DNA of 64,000 nt from a plasmid: the sequence record NZ_CP072388.1, one strand, 5' to 3'. Each line of letters opens with the position of its first letter. The stretch's first letter is position 1. The notes under the pieces were generated by a model. The model was not told where the DNA came from and did not search any database. It was given only the letters and a program-made list of their open reading frames with translations. The position numbers and the translations under genes were made by a program. This document shows, in pieces, positions 55,320-64,000 of this stretch.

Positions 55320-57243
55320 CCGGGGACTCCTCTGTTTCGAGTGCGGTGATGATCGTGGTGAGGTTGTCGACGACCTGCTGGTTCGTCTGGGCGAGGCGGG
55401 TCTGGCCGGCCTCGGTGGCGCGGTCGACGAGCGCGACGGTCAGGGCGAGTTGCTTGCGGTGCTCGGGTAGGAACTGCGGGGTTGTCAGGAACAGGGGGCA
55501 GGTCAGGCACGCGTTGGCGTGCGGGCACGTGCGTTGGGCGGGCATCCCGCAGTACCCGTTGGGCAGGGTCATCGCTGCGCGTTCGACGTGGTGCCGGGTC
55601 CAGCGGGCATCGGCGAGTGGGCTGTCGGCCTCGAGGGCGACGGTGTTGCCGTGGATGTCGACCTTTCGGGCGCGTTCCCAGTGACGGCGCACGGTGGTGT
55701 CGTGCAGGCGTGCGTAGTGCGCGGTCATCTCGGTGCTGGAGTGGTCCAGGATGCGGCGCACGACTTCTTGGGGGACGTCGTTGTTGATCAGGCGCGTGCC
55801 CAGGGTGTGGCGGAACTGGTGCGCGGTGACCTTCGCGAGTTCGCCGGAGTCGTCGCGGATGTCGCAGCGCCGGATCCAGTTCGCGAGCTCGGCCCTTGCC
55901 GCGCCCACGCTCAGCGGGCGGGTACCGGCGGCGTTGTCGCGCGTGCGGGGGAACAGCACGGCGGCGGGTGAGTGTGACGCTCGTGCCCGGGCGGCTTGAG
56001 CGTGGATCAACTGCGCGAGCTCGGCGCTGATCGGGACGAGGGCCTCGCGCAGCATCTTGTGGTTGGTGTAGCGCAGGTACGGCGCCCCAGCGGCGTCAGT
56101 GGTGACGCAGTCAGTAGGGAGCTTCAGCGCGTCGTTCAGGCGCAGACCGGTCTGCATGAGCAGCGGAAACAGCAACCTCATGCGCGGGTCGGTGAGCTGG
56201 TCCAGGTTCGCCTCGTCCTCGAGCTGGGCCATCACCTGTTCGGTAAGAGCCCGCGGGGCCAACGCCCGGTGCCGCGGGGCGTCCTCGGGGTGGATGAGAC
56301 TGTCGGCCGGGATCCCGGGTGCCCATCCGTGACGCCGGACCGTGGTCAGGAACACCCGTGCTGAACTCAGTGCCAGGCGCCTGCCGTTGGGTGACAGGCC
56401 GTCCTCGATGAGCAGGGTGAAGAAGCGTCCCAGCACGGCTCGGGTGAGATCCCTCGGTCGAGCTGACGGGCCGGCTGCTTGGGTGAGTGCTCGACTTAGG
56501 CGCGTAATGGTCAGCAGGTCGCGGTGCATCCCGGACGGGGAGTACTCGCTCGTGCGTCGCGACCGCAGGAACGCTCGTGCTGCGTCTCGCAGCCACGGTT
56601 GGACGATTGGTCGAAAGTCGAAGAGCCAGTTCCGCGCGTGCCCGGTCACGTCGAGTCGTCGCAGCCTCCAGACCTCGCGCCGGTACTCGTGCTCGTGCGT
56701 GGCGGTGCCGTAGAGGGTCTCGAGCTCGTCGATCGCGAAGACGAGGAAGGGGTCACGCAGCTTGGCCCCCCGCTCCTCCTGGTTGTAGAGCGTCCGCGCA
56801 TTAATGGGCCACGCGGTCTCGTCAGCGTCGAGCAACGATGCCTGGTCCCACAGGCGCAGCGCCCTGAGGTGATGGACCAGGGTCCGTTCGCGCACTCGAG
56901 GCGACTCGTCGACCTCCTGCGCCCGGGCGATCGCGTAGGCGACCTCCCACCGCAACGGCAGCGCCAGGGCCGACAGGTCCAGCCTCAACGCGTCGACCGT
57001 GGGACCGCGATCCCACTCTCCGACCGGCCGCCCCGCGGCGATCCAGCGCTGCAGATGCACCGAGCACAGGTCTCTGGTCGAGATGGAGCGGGCACACCCT
57101 GGTGCAGTGCAGGGGGCCCCGCCTCCGACCCGATCGCCTGGGCGTAGCGTGATGGTGTCCGAGGACACGTGCGTCCGCGCCCACGCTGCCAGCCGGGCCG
57201 GGACGTTGGCACTCTGGCCGTCCGGGAGCGCGACAACGCTCAT
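55309..57243 (-). CDS. tnpB: Tyrosine recombinase (Tn554 TnpB-like, 644 aa)
   Basis: Catalytic motif HQFRHTLGTRLINNDVPQEVVRRILDHSSTEMTAHYARL (HxxR...H...Y). Confidence 0.85.
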   Translation of the reverse strand: MSVVALPDGQSANVPARLAAWARTHVSSDTITLRPGDRVGGGAPCTAPGCARSISTRDLCSVHLQRWIAAGRPVGEWDRGPTVDALRLDLSALALPLRWEVAYAIARAQEVDESPRVRERTLVHHLRALRLWDQASLLDADETAWPINARTLYNQEERGAKLRDPFLVFAIDELETLYGTATHEHEYRREVWRLRRLDVTGHARNWLFDFRPIVQPWLRDAARAFLRSRRTSEYSPSGMHRDLLTITRLSRALTQAAGPSARPRDLTRAVLGRFFTLLIEDGLSPNGRRLALSSARVFLTTVRRHGWAPGIPADSLIHPEDAPRHRALAPRALTEQVMAQLEDEANLDQLTDPRMRLLFPLLMQTGLRLNDALKLPTDCVTTDAAGAPYLRYTNHKMLREALVPISAELAQLIHAQAARARASHSPAAVLFPRTRDNAAGTRPLSVGAARAELANWIRRCDIRDDSGELAKVTAHQFRHTLGTRLINNDVPQEVVRRILDHSSTEMTAHYARLHDTTVRRHWERARKVDIHGNTVALEADSPLADARWTRHHVERAAMTLPNGYCGMPAQRTCPHANACLTCPLFLTTPQFLPEHRKQLALTVALVDRATEAGQTRLAQTNQQVVDNLTTIITALETEESPDEG

Positions 57244-57674
57244 CGCGCACCCACCCCCGCCGAGACAGCATCCGCGCCCGGTAGCCAGCCGGCACGTTCG
57301 AGGCTGCGACGGACCTCATCGACGTTCAAATGGGCGTAGGTCTCGGTCGTGGTGGTGATCGACGCGTGGCCCAAGAGCTTCTGGACTACCTCGGCCGGCA
57401 CGTCACGGGTCAGCAGCTGCGTCGCGTAGGTGTGGCGCAGCATGTGCACCGTGAACTGCACTCCCGAGCGGCGTCGCAACCGTGCGACGAGGTCGGTGAC
57501 ATTCCAGTACCTCCAGGGCCGTCCTCGCTCGCCCGACCACAGGTTCACGAACACGTGGTCCGCATCCAGCGCCCCGTACTCGTCGAACATGTACTGCGCG
57601 TAGGAGCGCACGAGCCGTGGATGCACCGGAATCGTCCGCTCGCCCGACTTCACCCGAGCACCGTTGGCGTTCAT
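57240..57674 (-). pseudogene. tnpA: 5'-truncated tyrosine recombinase (TnpA-like catalytic domain only)
   Basis: The C-terminal 145 aa (RTIPVHPRL...HMLRHTYATQLL...HASITTTTETYAHL) are intact. Upstream of about 57690 the frame degenerates into Arg/Gly/Pro-rich nonsense and a plus-strand gene occupies the space. Confidence 0.6.
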
Positions 57675-57707
57675 CCGCAGCGGTGGTGGTTCGCCAAGGC
57701 CGAGGAC

Positions 57708-58433
57708 ATGCCGTGGTTGGTGAACCCGGATGCGTGGGGCGAGCGGCCCCGGTGGGCGGACCGCGATGAGCGGCAGTGGGGTGCCATCGCGCCGGTCGTC
57801 GACGGGCTGGCCCGCGCGCTGAGCGCGGGGGAGTACGACGTCGAGCGCGGTGCCGCGGTCCTGCACGCCGAGCTCTCCGGGCTCGAGGAGACCGATCGCA
57901 AGATCGTGCGTTCGTGGTTCCAGCCCTGGCAGGCACCGTCGGCTGACTCGTGGTCGACGACGATGTCGGACGGGCGGCACCGCTCTTGGAACTCGTGGCG
58001 CGCTGCGCCTGGTGCGCTGCTCCCGCTCAGCTCCGCGCTGCTCGAGCGCGCCGACCGCGTAGGCGAGATGTCGACCGAGTCGTTGCGGTACTACCGCGAG
58101 GACGCGGCCGCGGGTCTGGCGACGATGCCCGAGGAGATCGCGCGCCGGGCCCCGGGGTACGTCCGCGAGCTCCAGCGCGCGGCCACCGCTGGCCCCGCTG
58201 CACGCCCCGAGCCGGCGGTCTCGATCGACCGCGCCCCGGACCGAGTCGTGTCCCCGTCGACGTCGCGCGGGTATGAGCGGGGGACCCTCTCCGCACGGAT
58301 AGACGACCTGGTCGCCCGGACGACGCGCGACCCCATCGGGCCCCGGCCCGCTCCTGGCGGCCTGCCTCCTGCCGGTCACCTGGGCTGGGACCGAGACTTC
58401 CCCGGCCGGGAGGCGACGTGCCGACGCCTCTAG
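57708..58433 (+). CDS. Hypothetical protein (241 aa) occupying the position of the missing tnpA 5' half
   Basis: Well-composed ORF with a GAGGA RBS. No motifs. Confidence 0.45.
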   Translation: MPWLVNPDAWGERPRWADRDERQWGAIAPVVDGLARALSAGEYDVERGAAVLHAELSGLEETDRKIVRSWFQPWQAPSADSWSTTMSDGRHRSWNSWRAAPGALLPLSSALLERADRVGEMSTESLRYYREDAAAGLATMPEEIARRAPGYVRELQRAATAGPAARPEPAVSIDRAPDRVVSPSTSRGYERGTLSARIDDLVARTTRDPIGPRPAPGGLPPAGHLGWDRDFPGREATCRRL

Positions 58434-58557
58434 ACCTGTTGAGGACTCCCCGTTTGGGTGTTGAGCACTACCCGTTCGGGTGATGCCGCGACGGACGTCG
58501 CCCGGAACACTGGGGTGCGTCAGACCAAAGCGCCAGCCGGCACCGGGGGAGCAGCCA

Positions 58558-58950
58558 GTGACTACCGAGAACGCGACGTCCGTCGACGCGGCCCGCTGCG
58601 AGCGGTGCGACGCAGCCCCGTTGGGGTGCCGCCACACCGCGCCCCCGACCTCGGTCGGGGACCGCATCCACCACGCCATGCCGGTCGGGGCATGGTCACG
58701 GGCGCTGGACCTTCGCTCGAACTCCCGCGTGCGGGACCGAAACGGCGAGGCATGGGTCAGGACCCGCCACCAGCACAACGCCTGGGAGAACGTCGCTGAC
58801 GGCACGATCTGGCCGCTGTGGCAGATCGTCGACGAGCGCCAGGGCTTCGGGCCGTTGGCTGTCGAGCATGTTGCTGGGGCGTCCGCGGCCGCCGCGCGCG
58901 CGGCGCAGGCGTCGCCCGCGCTCGATCGCGCCGCGGTCGGCCAGTCGTAG
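58558..58950 (+). CDS. Hypothetical Cys-containing protein
   Basis: CERCDAAPLGC cluster and Trp-rich middle. The start is uncertain. Confidence 0.3.
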   Translation: MTTENATSVDAARCERCDAAPLGCRHTAPPTSVGDRIHHAMPVGAWSRALDLRSNSRVRDRNGEAWVRTRHQHNAWENVADGTIWPLWQIVDERQGFGPLAVEHVAGASAAAARAAQASPALDRAAVGQS

Positions 58951-59040
58951 GGTCACGGGGAAGCACACCGCCCCGCGCCCGCACCCGGAGGCGCGGCACG
59001 GGGCGGGTGAGGTGGTGCGGTCCTCACGAACCGGCATCCT

Positions 59041-59657
59041 CAGCGCCTCCAGATGTGCACGTGCTCGGTCGCCAGCAGCGGGGCGCCGTCCGGGCCCTTG
59101 ATGTAGGACGAGATCCAGGTCGGGCGGCGCAGTTCTCGATTCGGGCCGTAGGGCTAGTTCTTCCAGTGCCCGCGCACGACCCAGCGATGCTGGTAGACAC
59201 GGCCGGTGGCCGTGGGGTCTCGCTCGTCGTGGTGGGTGCGCAGCGGTCGCAGGTCGATGAGCGACACCGACGGCGCTTCGCGGCCGGCACGGCGTGCGGT
59301 GCGTGCCGCCTTGCCGTTGGGGATAATCTCGCGCGCCGAGGAGATCATGGGCTGACCCATGAGCGCCCACGTCGCGCCGAGGAAGGCGAGCAGGCCGCCG
59401 AACTCGATCTGGCCGGGGATCACGAAGGCGGCCGCCGGTTGCGGCTTGAGCGTCAGCACCGGCCACTGCCCGGCTGCGGCGACGTCGTCGATGGGCTCGG
59501 AGCCCAGGGCGCGGATCGCGTCAGCGATCCGGTGGGTGCGCGACAGGACCCACATCCGGACCTGTCCGCCGGCCTGGGACCACGCGACCGCGTCGACCGC
59601 GATCGGGGCAGGCACTCGGGCGCCGAGCGGCCCGACAGGCCACTCCTCGGGAGCCAT
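59041..59657 (-). pseudogene. Hypothetical gene interrupted by an in-frame TAG (about 59154-59156), with a sensible ORF continuing to 59041
   Basis: ...VYQHRWVVRGHWKN(TAG)PYGPNRELRRPTWISSYIKGPDGAPLLATEHVHIWRR(stop). Both parts are in the same frame with normal composition. Confidence 0.35.
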
Positions 59658-59670
59658 CAGCCCCCCGCAC

Positions 59671-59729
59671 GACAATAGGTGTTTACACGCCGCCCGGGGA
59701 GCTATACCGTGGCGTAAACACCTATTGTC
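59671..59729. promoter_or_regulatory. 16-bp perfect inverted repeat gacaataggtgtttac / gtaaacacctattgtc with a 27-bp spacer in a divergent intergenic region
   Basis: Read directly from the sequence. Lies between the minus gene ending at 59657 and the plus gene starting at 59747. Confidence 0.6.
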
Positions 59730-59746
59730 AACGAGGGGGATGTGCG

Positions 59747-60253
59747 ATGACAGAACGCCTGCCGGCACCCGTTGCCGTCACCGGAGGGCCGCGGCCCGAC
59801 TTCGATGCACTGTGGCGTGCGGCCGACTTGCCAGACGTCGACCGCGATGCGTGGCGCGAGGTGCTGGGCTATCGGACCAGGGTCCCCGACGACGCGGTGC
59901 GGCTCGCGTCGCACGGCTGGACGCCGGAGGACGTGGTCAAGGCTCGGACGGAGCCCCGCACCTACTGGCCGGAGCTGGGCGAGCCCAGGCCCACACATTC
60001 CGCAGAGGCGGTGGCATCGCTCGCGGTGCTGGCCGACGAGACCGCGCGCTTCCACGATGCCAGCGCCTCGCTCGCGCGTTCGGTCCGCGCCGACTACGTT
60101 CGAGTGCTCGCCGAACGGGAGAGCTGGCCGAACCCACGGATCGCAGACCTGCTCGAGATCACCCGCCAGCGAGTGCGGATGATCCTCAGGGTACAAGATG
60201 GTCAAGTGGATCAAGTCCATCGAGTGGATCACCGACTACGCCGCGTACGGTGA
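59747..60253 (+). CDS. Hypothetical protein with HTH-like C-terminal segment
   Basis: IADLLEITRQRVRMIL resembles a sigma-region-4/LuxR-like HTH. The last 20 aa are of poor composition, and an overlapping 37-aa ORF (60197-60310) exists in another frame. Confidence 0.4.
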   Translation: MTERLPAPVAVTGGPRPDFDALWRAADLPDVDRDAWREVLGYRTRVPDDAVRLASHGWTPEDVVKARTEPRTYWPELGEPRPTHSAEAVASLAVLADETARFHDASASLARSVRADYVRVLAERESWPNPRIADLLEITRQRVRMILRVQDGQVDQVHRVDHRLRRVR

Positions 60254-60323
60254 CGGTCGTGGCGGCACCCGTGAGGACGCCGCGATGCAGGCGTTCAACG
60301 GCCGGATCTGACAGGAGCAGGGC

Positions 60324-60545
60324 ATGATCAGCACTATCTACACCGTCGCCGGCATGACCACAGCCGAGGATGCGCGGGCCATCAAGGACAGGCTCTATCT
60401 CGTGGCAGGTATCGGTGCCGTCGCCACCGAGATCATTCCCGACGGCGAAGCGCGCATCATCCTCAAGCACAAGGACGACGTCGAGCTGAACCGCTCGGCC
60501 ATCGAGGCAGCCGTGCAGGAGGCGGGCGAATACACGCTCGCCTGA
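60324..60545 (+). CDS. HMA-fold-like small protein lacking the CxxC metal site
   Basis: MISTIYTVAGMTTAEDARAIKDRL... follows the beta-alpha-beta-beta-alpha-beta HMA pattern, but MTTAED replaces MTCxxC. Confidence 0.4.
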   Translation: MISTIYTVAGMTTAEDARAIKDRLYLVAGIGAVATEIIPDGEARIILKHKDDVELNRSAIEAAVQEAGEYTLA

Positions 60546-60624
60546 CCATTACGGCTACCAATAATGAGACGAAGCACGTGCTTATTCGTCTCGGCGCATC
60601 TAGCATCACTTTCAGGAGGCAATC

Positions 60625-61446
60625 GTGAGCAGCGAACCCGGCTCCGCCGCATCGCACGGTGCATCCTCCCCGGTCAATTCGGCTACCGGCGCACCTGGCC
60701 GACGACGAGTCCCGCTGCGCTCAACCTGCGCCCAGCCCCATCACTGTCCATTGCCGGTACGCATGAAGGTTCTCGGCCAGGTGCCGCTCTTCGCCGGTCT
60801 GTCCCACGAGGATCTTGTCGGTATCGACCACCGCATGGTCTCGCTGTCCTGGGCTGAGGACGACCCGCTCTACACAGCCGGCGACGTGGCCGAACATCTC
60901 TACGTCATGGCAGCCGGGCGCGCCAAGGTCTCCCGCCCGACCCCGAACGGCCAGGACGTCGTCGTCGATCTCCTGGCCCCTGGCGACCTCTTCGGAGGCA
61001 TGCACACCCTGGGCCAGCCCACCTACCCCGAAACCGTTCGCGCCCTGACCACCACCTGCGCGTTACGCATCGACACACGCGCTTTCCGCGATGTCATGAC
61101 GCAACACCCCGAGGTCGCCCTACGGGTGGTGGACGACGTCACCGCGCTGCTAGCGCAAGCGCGTGCGGACGTCACCGCGCAATCCACCGCCACCGTCGCC
61201 CAGCGGGTAGCGACCACGCTGTTGCGCCTAGCCGAGAAGTTCGGCCAGGACAGCTCCTCCGGTGCCACATTGATCCAGTTGCCGCTGTCTCGCACTGACC
61301 TGGCCGGCATGACCGGCTCGACACCGGAGTCCGTCTCCCGGGTAATGAGCCAGCTCCGCAAGGACGGCATCATCGACTCCGGCCGCAGATGGACCGCCAT
61401 CCTGGACGGCGACCGTCTGCTCGCCACCGTGGCCGCCAGTGCCTGA
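60625..61446 (+). CDS. Crp/Fnr-family transcriptional regulator
   Basis: Cyclic-nucleotide-binding-like beta-roll (PLFAGLSHEDL...GDLFGG) and a C-terminal HTH (RTDLAGMTGSTPESVSRVMSQL). The probable start is the ATG at 60763. Confidence 0.8.
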   Translation: MSSEPGSAASHGASSPVNSATGAPGRRRVPLRSTCAQPHHCPLPVRMKVLGQVPLFAGLSHEDLVGIDHRMVSLSWAEDDPLYTAGDVAEHLYVMAAGRAKVSRPTPNGQDVVVDLLAPGDLFGGMHTLGQPTYPETVRALTTTCALRIDTRAFRDVMTQHPEVALRVVDDVTALLAQARADVTAQSTATVAQRVATTLLRLAEKFGQDSSSGATLIQLPLSRTDLAGMTGSTPESVSRVMSQLRKDGIIDSGRRWTAILDGDRLLATVAASA

Positions 61447-61576
61447 GGGGCGAGGACTCTCTCACGTCTGCTGCGGTTGATTGATGCACGTCATGGTTCG
61501 GTTCCTGGCCCGCTCGTAACGTCGTAGTCAGCACCCAAGAAGGGTGAGACCTCGTCAGAGAAGGAAGGAACACACC

Positions 61577-61816
61577 ATGAGCACCACCGCTCCCACCACC
61601 ACCCACACGACCCTGCGCGCCGAAGGCTTCTCCTGCCCCTCCTGCGTGGCGAAGATCGAGAAGCGTGTCGGACGCCTGGACGGCGTCAGCGCCGTGAAGG
61701 TCCAGTTCGCCTCGGCACGCATCGAGGTCGACCACGACCCGGCCAAGGCCAGCGTCGAGGACCTGATCGCCGCTGTGGGCAAGGCCGGGTACGTCGCCAA
61801 GCCTGCCGCGTTCTGA
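61577..61816 (+). CDS. copZ: CopZ-like heavy-metal-associated (HMA) metallochaperone
   Basis: Metal-binding loop GFSCPSC and the ferredoxin-like HMA pattern. Confidence 0.8.
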   Translation: MSTTAPTTTHTTLRAEGFSCPSCVAKIEKRVGRLDGVSAVKVQFASARIEVDHDPAKASVEDLIAAVGKAGYVAKPAAF

Positions 61817-61842
61817 CGCCCGCCGCGCCAAGGAGAAGGACA

Positions 61843-62084
61843 GTGAGCGTCATGGCACAGGCGGCGCACCTGCAGCTGCGCCTGGGCGAGTTTTTCTGCC
61901 CCTCGTGCGCCACCGACATCAACCGGCACCTGAAGCGTCTTCCGGGGTGCAGGCCGTGCACATCGATCTGCACTCGCACCGGGTTGACGTCGACTACGAC
62001 CCCCGACGCTTGGACGTCGAGGACATCCTGGTGACCGTCGGCGGTGCCGGCGTTACCGCAAGCGTTATCTCGGAGGACAGCTAG
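61843..62084 (+). pseudogene. Second HMA-domain gene with a -1 frameshift in a G-run (61944-61947)
   Basis: The N-terminus has FFCPSCATDINRHLKRLPG. After the G-run the HMA continuation (VQAVHIDLHSHRVDVDYDPRRLDVEDILVTVGGAG) is in the +1 frame. Confidence 0.5.
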
Positions 62085-62285
62085 GACCCGCCTCCACTAG
62101 GGCGACCAGGGACGTCGACCGGTGCCCAGACCAAGCGCGAGCGCACTGCCCGGGCGTCATCCCGCCACCCATCAGAGCCGCACCGGGCCGCCGGGCCCGT
62201 CAATGATCAGCGGAAGCCTGCCCGCTGCATTCTCACGTGTGAACCGCTGGTAGACCCACGTCCCAAGAACTCAGGAGAGATTGCT

Positions 62286-62705
62286 ATGAGCGTCAAGCTT
62301 CACCATGTCCCGCCGCGCCTGGCGAGCGGGGCCTTCATATTGAACACCGGAATCACTAAGCGGTCATTGGACGTCGACGGGGCAACGGGGCTGCGGGACC
62401 AGGCCGCCAACGCGTTCCCGTTCTTGAAGAAGATGGACCCGGTCCGCTTCGGGAAGGCGTTGTCGACCTTCGAGATCGCTCTGGGCACGGCGCTACTAGC
62501 CCCGATGGTACCCACCCGGGTGGCCGCGGCCGGCCTAAGTGGATTCTCGGCCGCATTGATGGCCGGGTACCTCAAGACGCCAGGGTTCACCCGTGATGAC
62601 GGAATCCGTCCAGCGCCGGCTGGCATGGGGATCGCTCGGGACGTCTTCATGCTCGGTAGCGGTCTGGGCCTGATGGTGGAGGAACTGGCAACCAGGCGAA
62701 CCTGA
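62286..62705 (+). CDS. Hypothetical membrane protein (139 aa)
   Basis: Three predicted TM helices. AGGAGAG RBS. Confidence 0.45.
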   Translation: MSVKLHHVPPRLASGAFILNTGITKRSLDVDGATGLRDQAANAFPFLKKMDPVRFGKALSTFEIALGTALLAPMVPTRVAAAGLSGFSAALMAGYLKTPGFTRDDGIRPAPAGMGIARDVFMLGSGLGLMVEELATRRT

Positions 62706-63020
62706 CGGGGCCGTCCCGCCATGCGCGTGACACCCGGCCCCACGGGCCCCGCGGACTGGGGTGTGGTCATGGGCGCCCGCGGGCCGAGGCTACGTGGCTC
62801 GTCCGGTCGCATTCTGAGCCGGACCAGCTAAGCGTCACCGCCGATCAACTCGGCGGTGACGCTCTTCATTGCGCCAGCACGCTAGAGCAGCCCCGGCGGC
62901 GGTGCACGGATGGGTGTGCGGTTGATTGACGCCGGTCATGGTTGCCCGGTGCCGATCTTCATAACGTCGTTGTCAGCACCCCGAACTGGCGTTGGACAGC
63001 TACAGGAAGGTCGAACAGCT

Positions 63021-64000
63021 ATGAACAAGCTGCAGCAGTGGTGGTACGGCAGGTGGGCGATCCCAGTGGTCTCCGGGGCGCTGATCCTCATCTCGTTCTT
63101 CGTGGCCCGCGGCCTCGGTTCCGATGCGTGGAGCAACGCCTTCATGGTGGCCGCCGCCGTGGTCGCGGGTACCCCGATCGTGACCAAGGCAGCCCGGGCG
63201 CTCATGGCCCGGGTCATCGGCATCGACCTGCTGGTCTCGGTGGCCGCGATCGGCGCGGTGATCATCGGGGAGTACTGGGAGGCCGCCGCGGTGACCTTCC
63301 TCTTCGCCATCGGGCACGCCCTGGAGTCCGCAACGCTGAACAAGACCCGCTCGGCACTGGCCGAGCTGGTGGCCGTGGCCCCAGACGTGGCCGTGGTCAT
63401 GCGCGACGGCGTGCAGGTGGAGGTGCCCGCTGCGAGCGTGGCCATGGGCGAGATCGTCCTGGTCAAGAACGGCGCTAAGGTCCCGGTGGACGGCGAGGTC
63501 GTGGCCGGCACCGGCGCCCTGGACGAGGCCTCCATCACCGGGGAGTCCATCCCCGTGGAGAAGTCCAAGGGCGACCACGTCTTCGCCGGAACCGTCGCCA
63601 AGGGTGGGTTCCTCCAGGTGCTCGCCACCGGCATCGGCGCCGACACCACGCTGGCCCGCATCATCCACCGCGTGGAGGACGCCCAGGACGCCAAGGCCAA
63701 GACCGCCCAGTTCATGGACCGGTTCTCCGCCTGGTACACCCCGGCCATCATGGTCCTGGCCCTCGTGGTGGGCCTGCTCACCGGTGACGTCGTGCTCGGG
63801 CTGACCCTGCTGGTCATCGGCTGCCCCGGCGCGCTGGTCATCTCCATCCCGGTCTCCATCGTCGCCGGCATCGGCCGGGCCGCCAAGGACGGCATCCTCA
63901 TCAAGGGTGGGGAGTACCTGGAGACCTCCGGCAAGATCACCGCCGTCGCGGTGGACAAGACCGGCACCCTGACCAAGGGCCGCCCGCACCTGACCGACGT
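63021..64000 (+). CDS. P1B-type heavy-metal ATPase, 3'-partial (CPG TM6 motif)
   Basis: TGES, IGCPGALVISIPV and DKTGTLT motifs. Runs off the end of the window. Not in the ORF track because it has no stop. Confidence 0.85.
   Translation, partial: MNKLQQWWYGRWAIPVVSGALILISFFVARGLGSDAWSNAFMVAAAVVAGTPIVTKAARALMARVIGIDLLVSVAAIGAVIIGEYWEAAAVTFLFAIGHALESATLNKTRSALAELVAVAPDVAVVMRDGVQVEVPAASVAMGEIVLVKNGAKVPVDGEVVAGTGALDEASITGESIPVEKSKGDHVFAGTVAKGGFLQVLATGIGADTTLARIIHRVEDAQDAKAKTAQFMDRFSAWYTPAIMVLALVVGLLTGDVVLGLTLLVIGCPGALVISIPVSIVAGIGRAAKDGILIKGGEYLETSGKITAVAVDKTGTLTKGRPHLTD

Noticed and set aside
59154-59156. Selenocysteine or pyrrolysine recoding at the in-frame TAG
   Set aside because: Sec uses UGA, not UAG. 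No pyl genes or PYLIS-like context are seen, and actinobacteria are not known to use Pyl. A pseudogene or sequencing error is more parsimonious.
60197-60310. 37-aa ORF MVKWIKSIEWITDYAAYGDGRGGTREDAAMQAFNGRI overlapping the end of the 59747 gene
   Set aside because: It is below the size where composition is informative and has only a weak RBS. It may indicate a frameshift in the upstream gene, but there is no way to decide from sequence alone.

Overview
High-GC (roughly 70%) actinobacterial DNA with the organisation of a conjugative or mobilisable plasmid or integrative element. From left to right the window contains the parts below. (1) A probable replication and partition module: a winged-helix Rep-like ORF, a small type-Ib ParA Walker ATPase and a ribbon-helix-helix ParG-like protein. 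The par operon is flanked on both sides by AT-rich arrays of CATGAA/TTCATG hexamers that look like iterons or a centromere. (2) About 15 kb of co-oriented plus-strand genes: an AAA ATPase, a DUF4192 protein, a ParB-nuclease-like protein, small acidic ORFs, a DUF3560 protein, NrdH with a Toprim protein, and a VbhA/Fic toxin-antitoxin pair. These are punctuated by four copies of a roughly 330-bp palindromic element placed immediately upstream of start codons, and the block ends at a MobC gene and a relaxase gene preceded by a candidate oriT. This region also holds a minus-strand lipoprotein and secreted S1 protease pair, and a lower-GC orphan gene next to an excisionase-like HTH gene. (3) A large heavy-metal and redox island: ArsR-family regulators, a CDF exporter, MntH, CadD, ChrA halves, three P1B-type ATPases (two with non-canonical TM6 motifs), CopZ-like HMA proteins, and cytochrome-c-biogenesis/thiol-redox genes (CtaG, CcsB/ResC, DsbA-like, CcdA, LspA). 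(4) A Tn402/Tn5053-like tniR-tniA-tniB module with res-like hairpin sites and a frameshifted second resolvase. (5) A GNAT gene next to a BrnT/BrnA-like toxin-antitoxin pair. (6) A Tn554-like tnpC-tnpB unit with a 5'-truncated tnpA. No rRNA, tRNA or CRISPR array was recognised. Many long ORFs in the six-frame track are antisense or off-frame artefacts of the high GC content and were not called.
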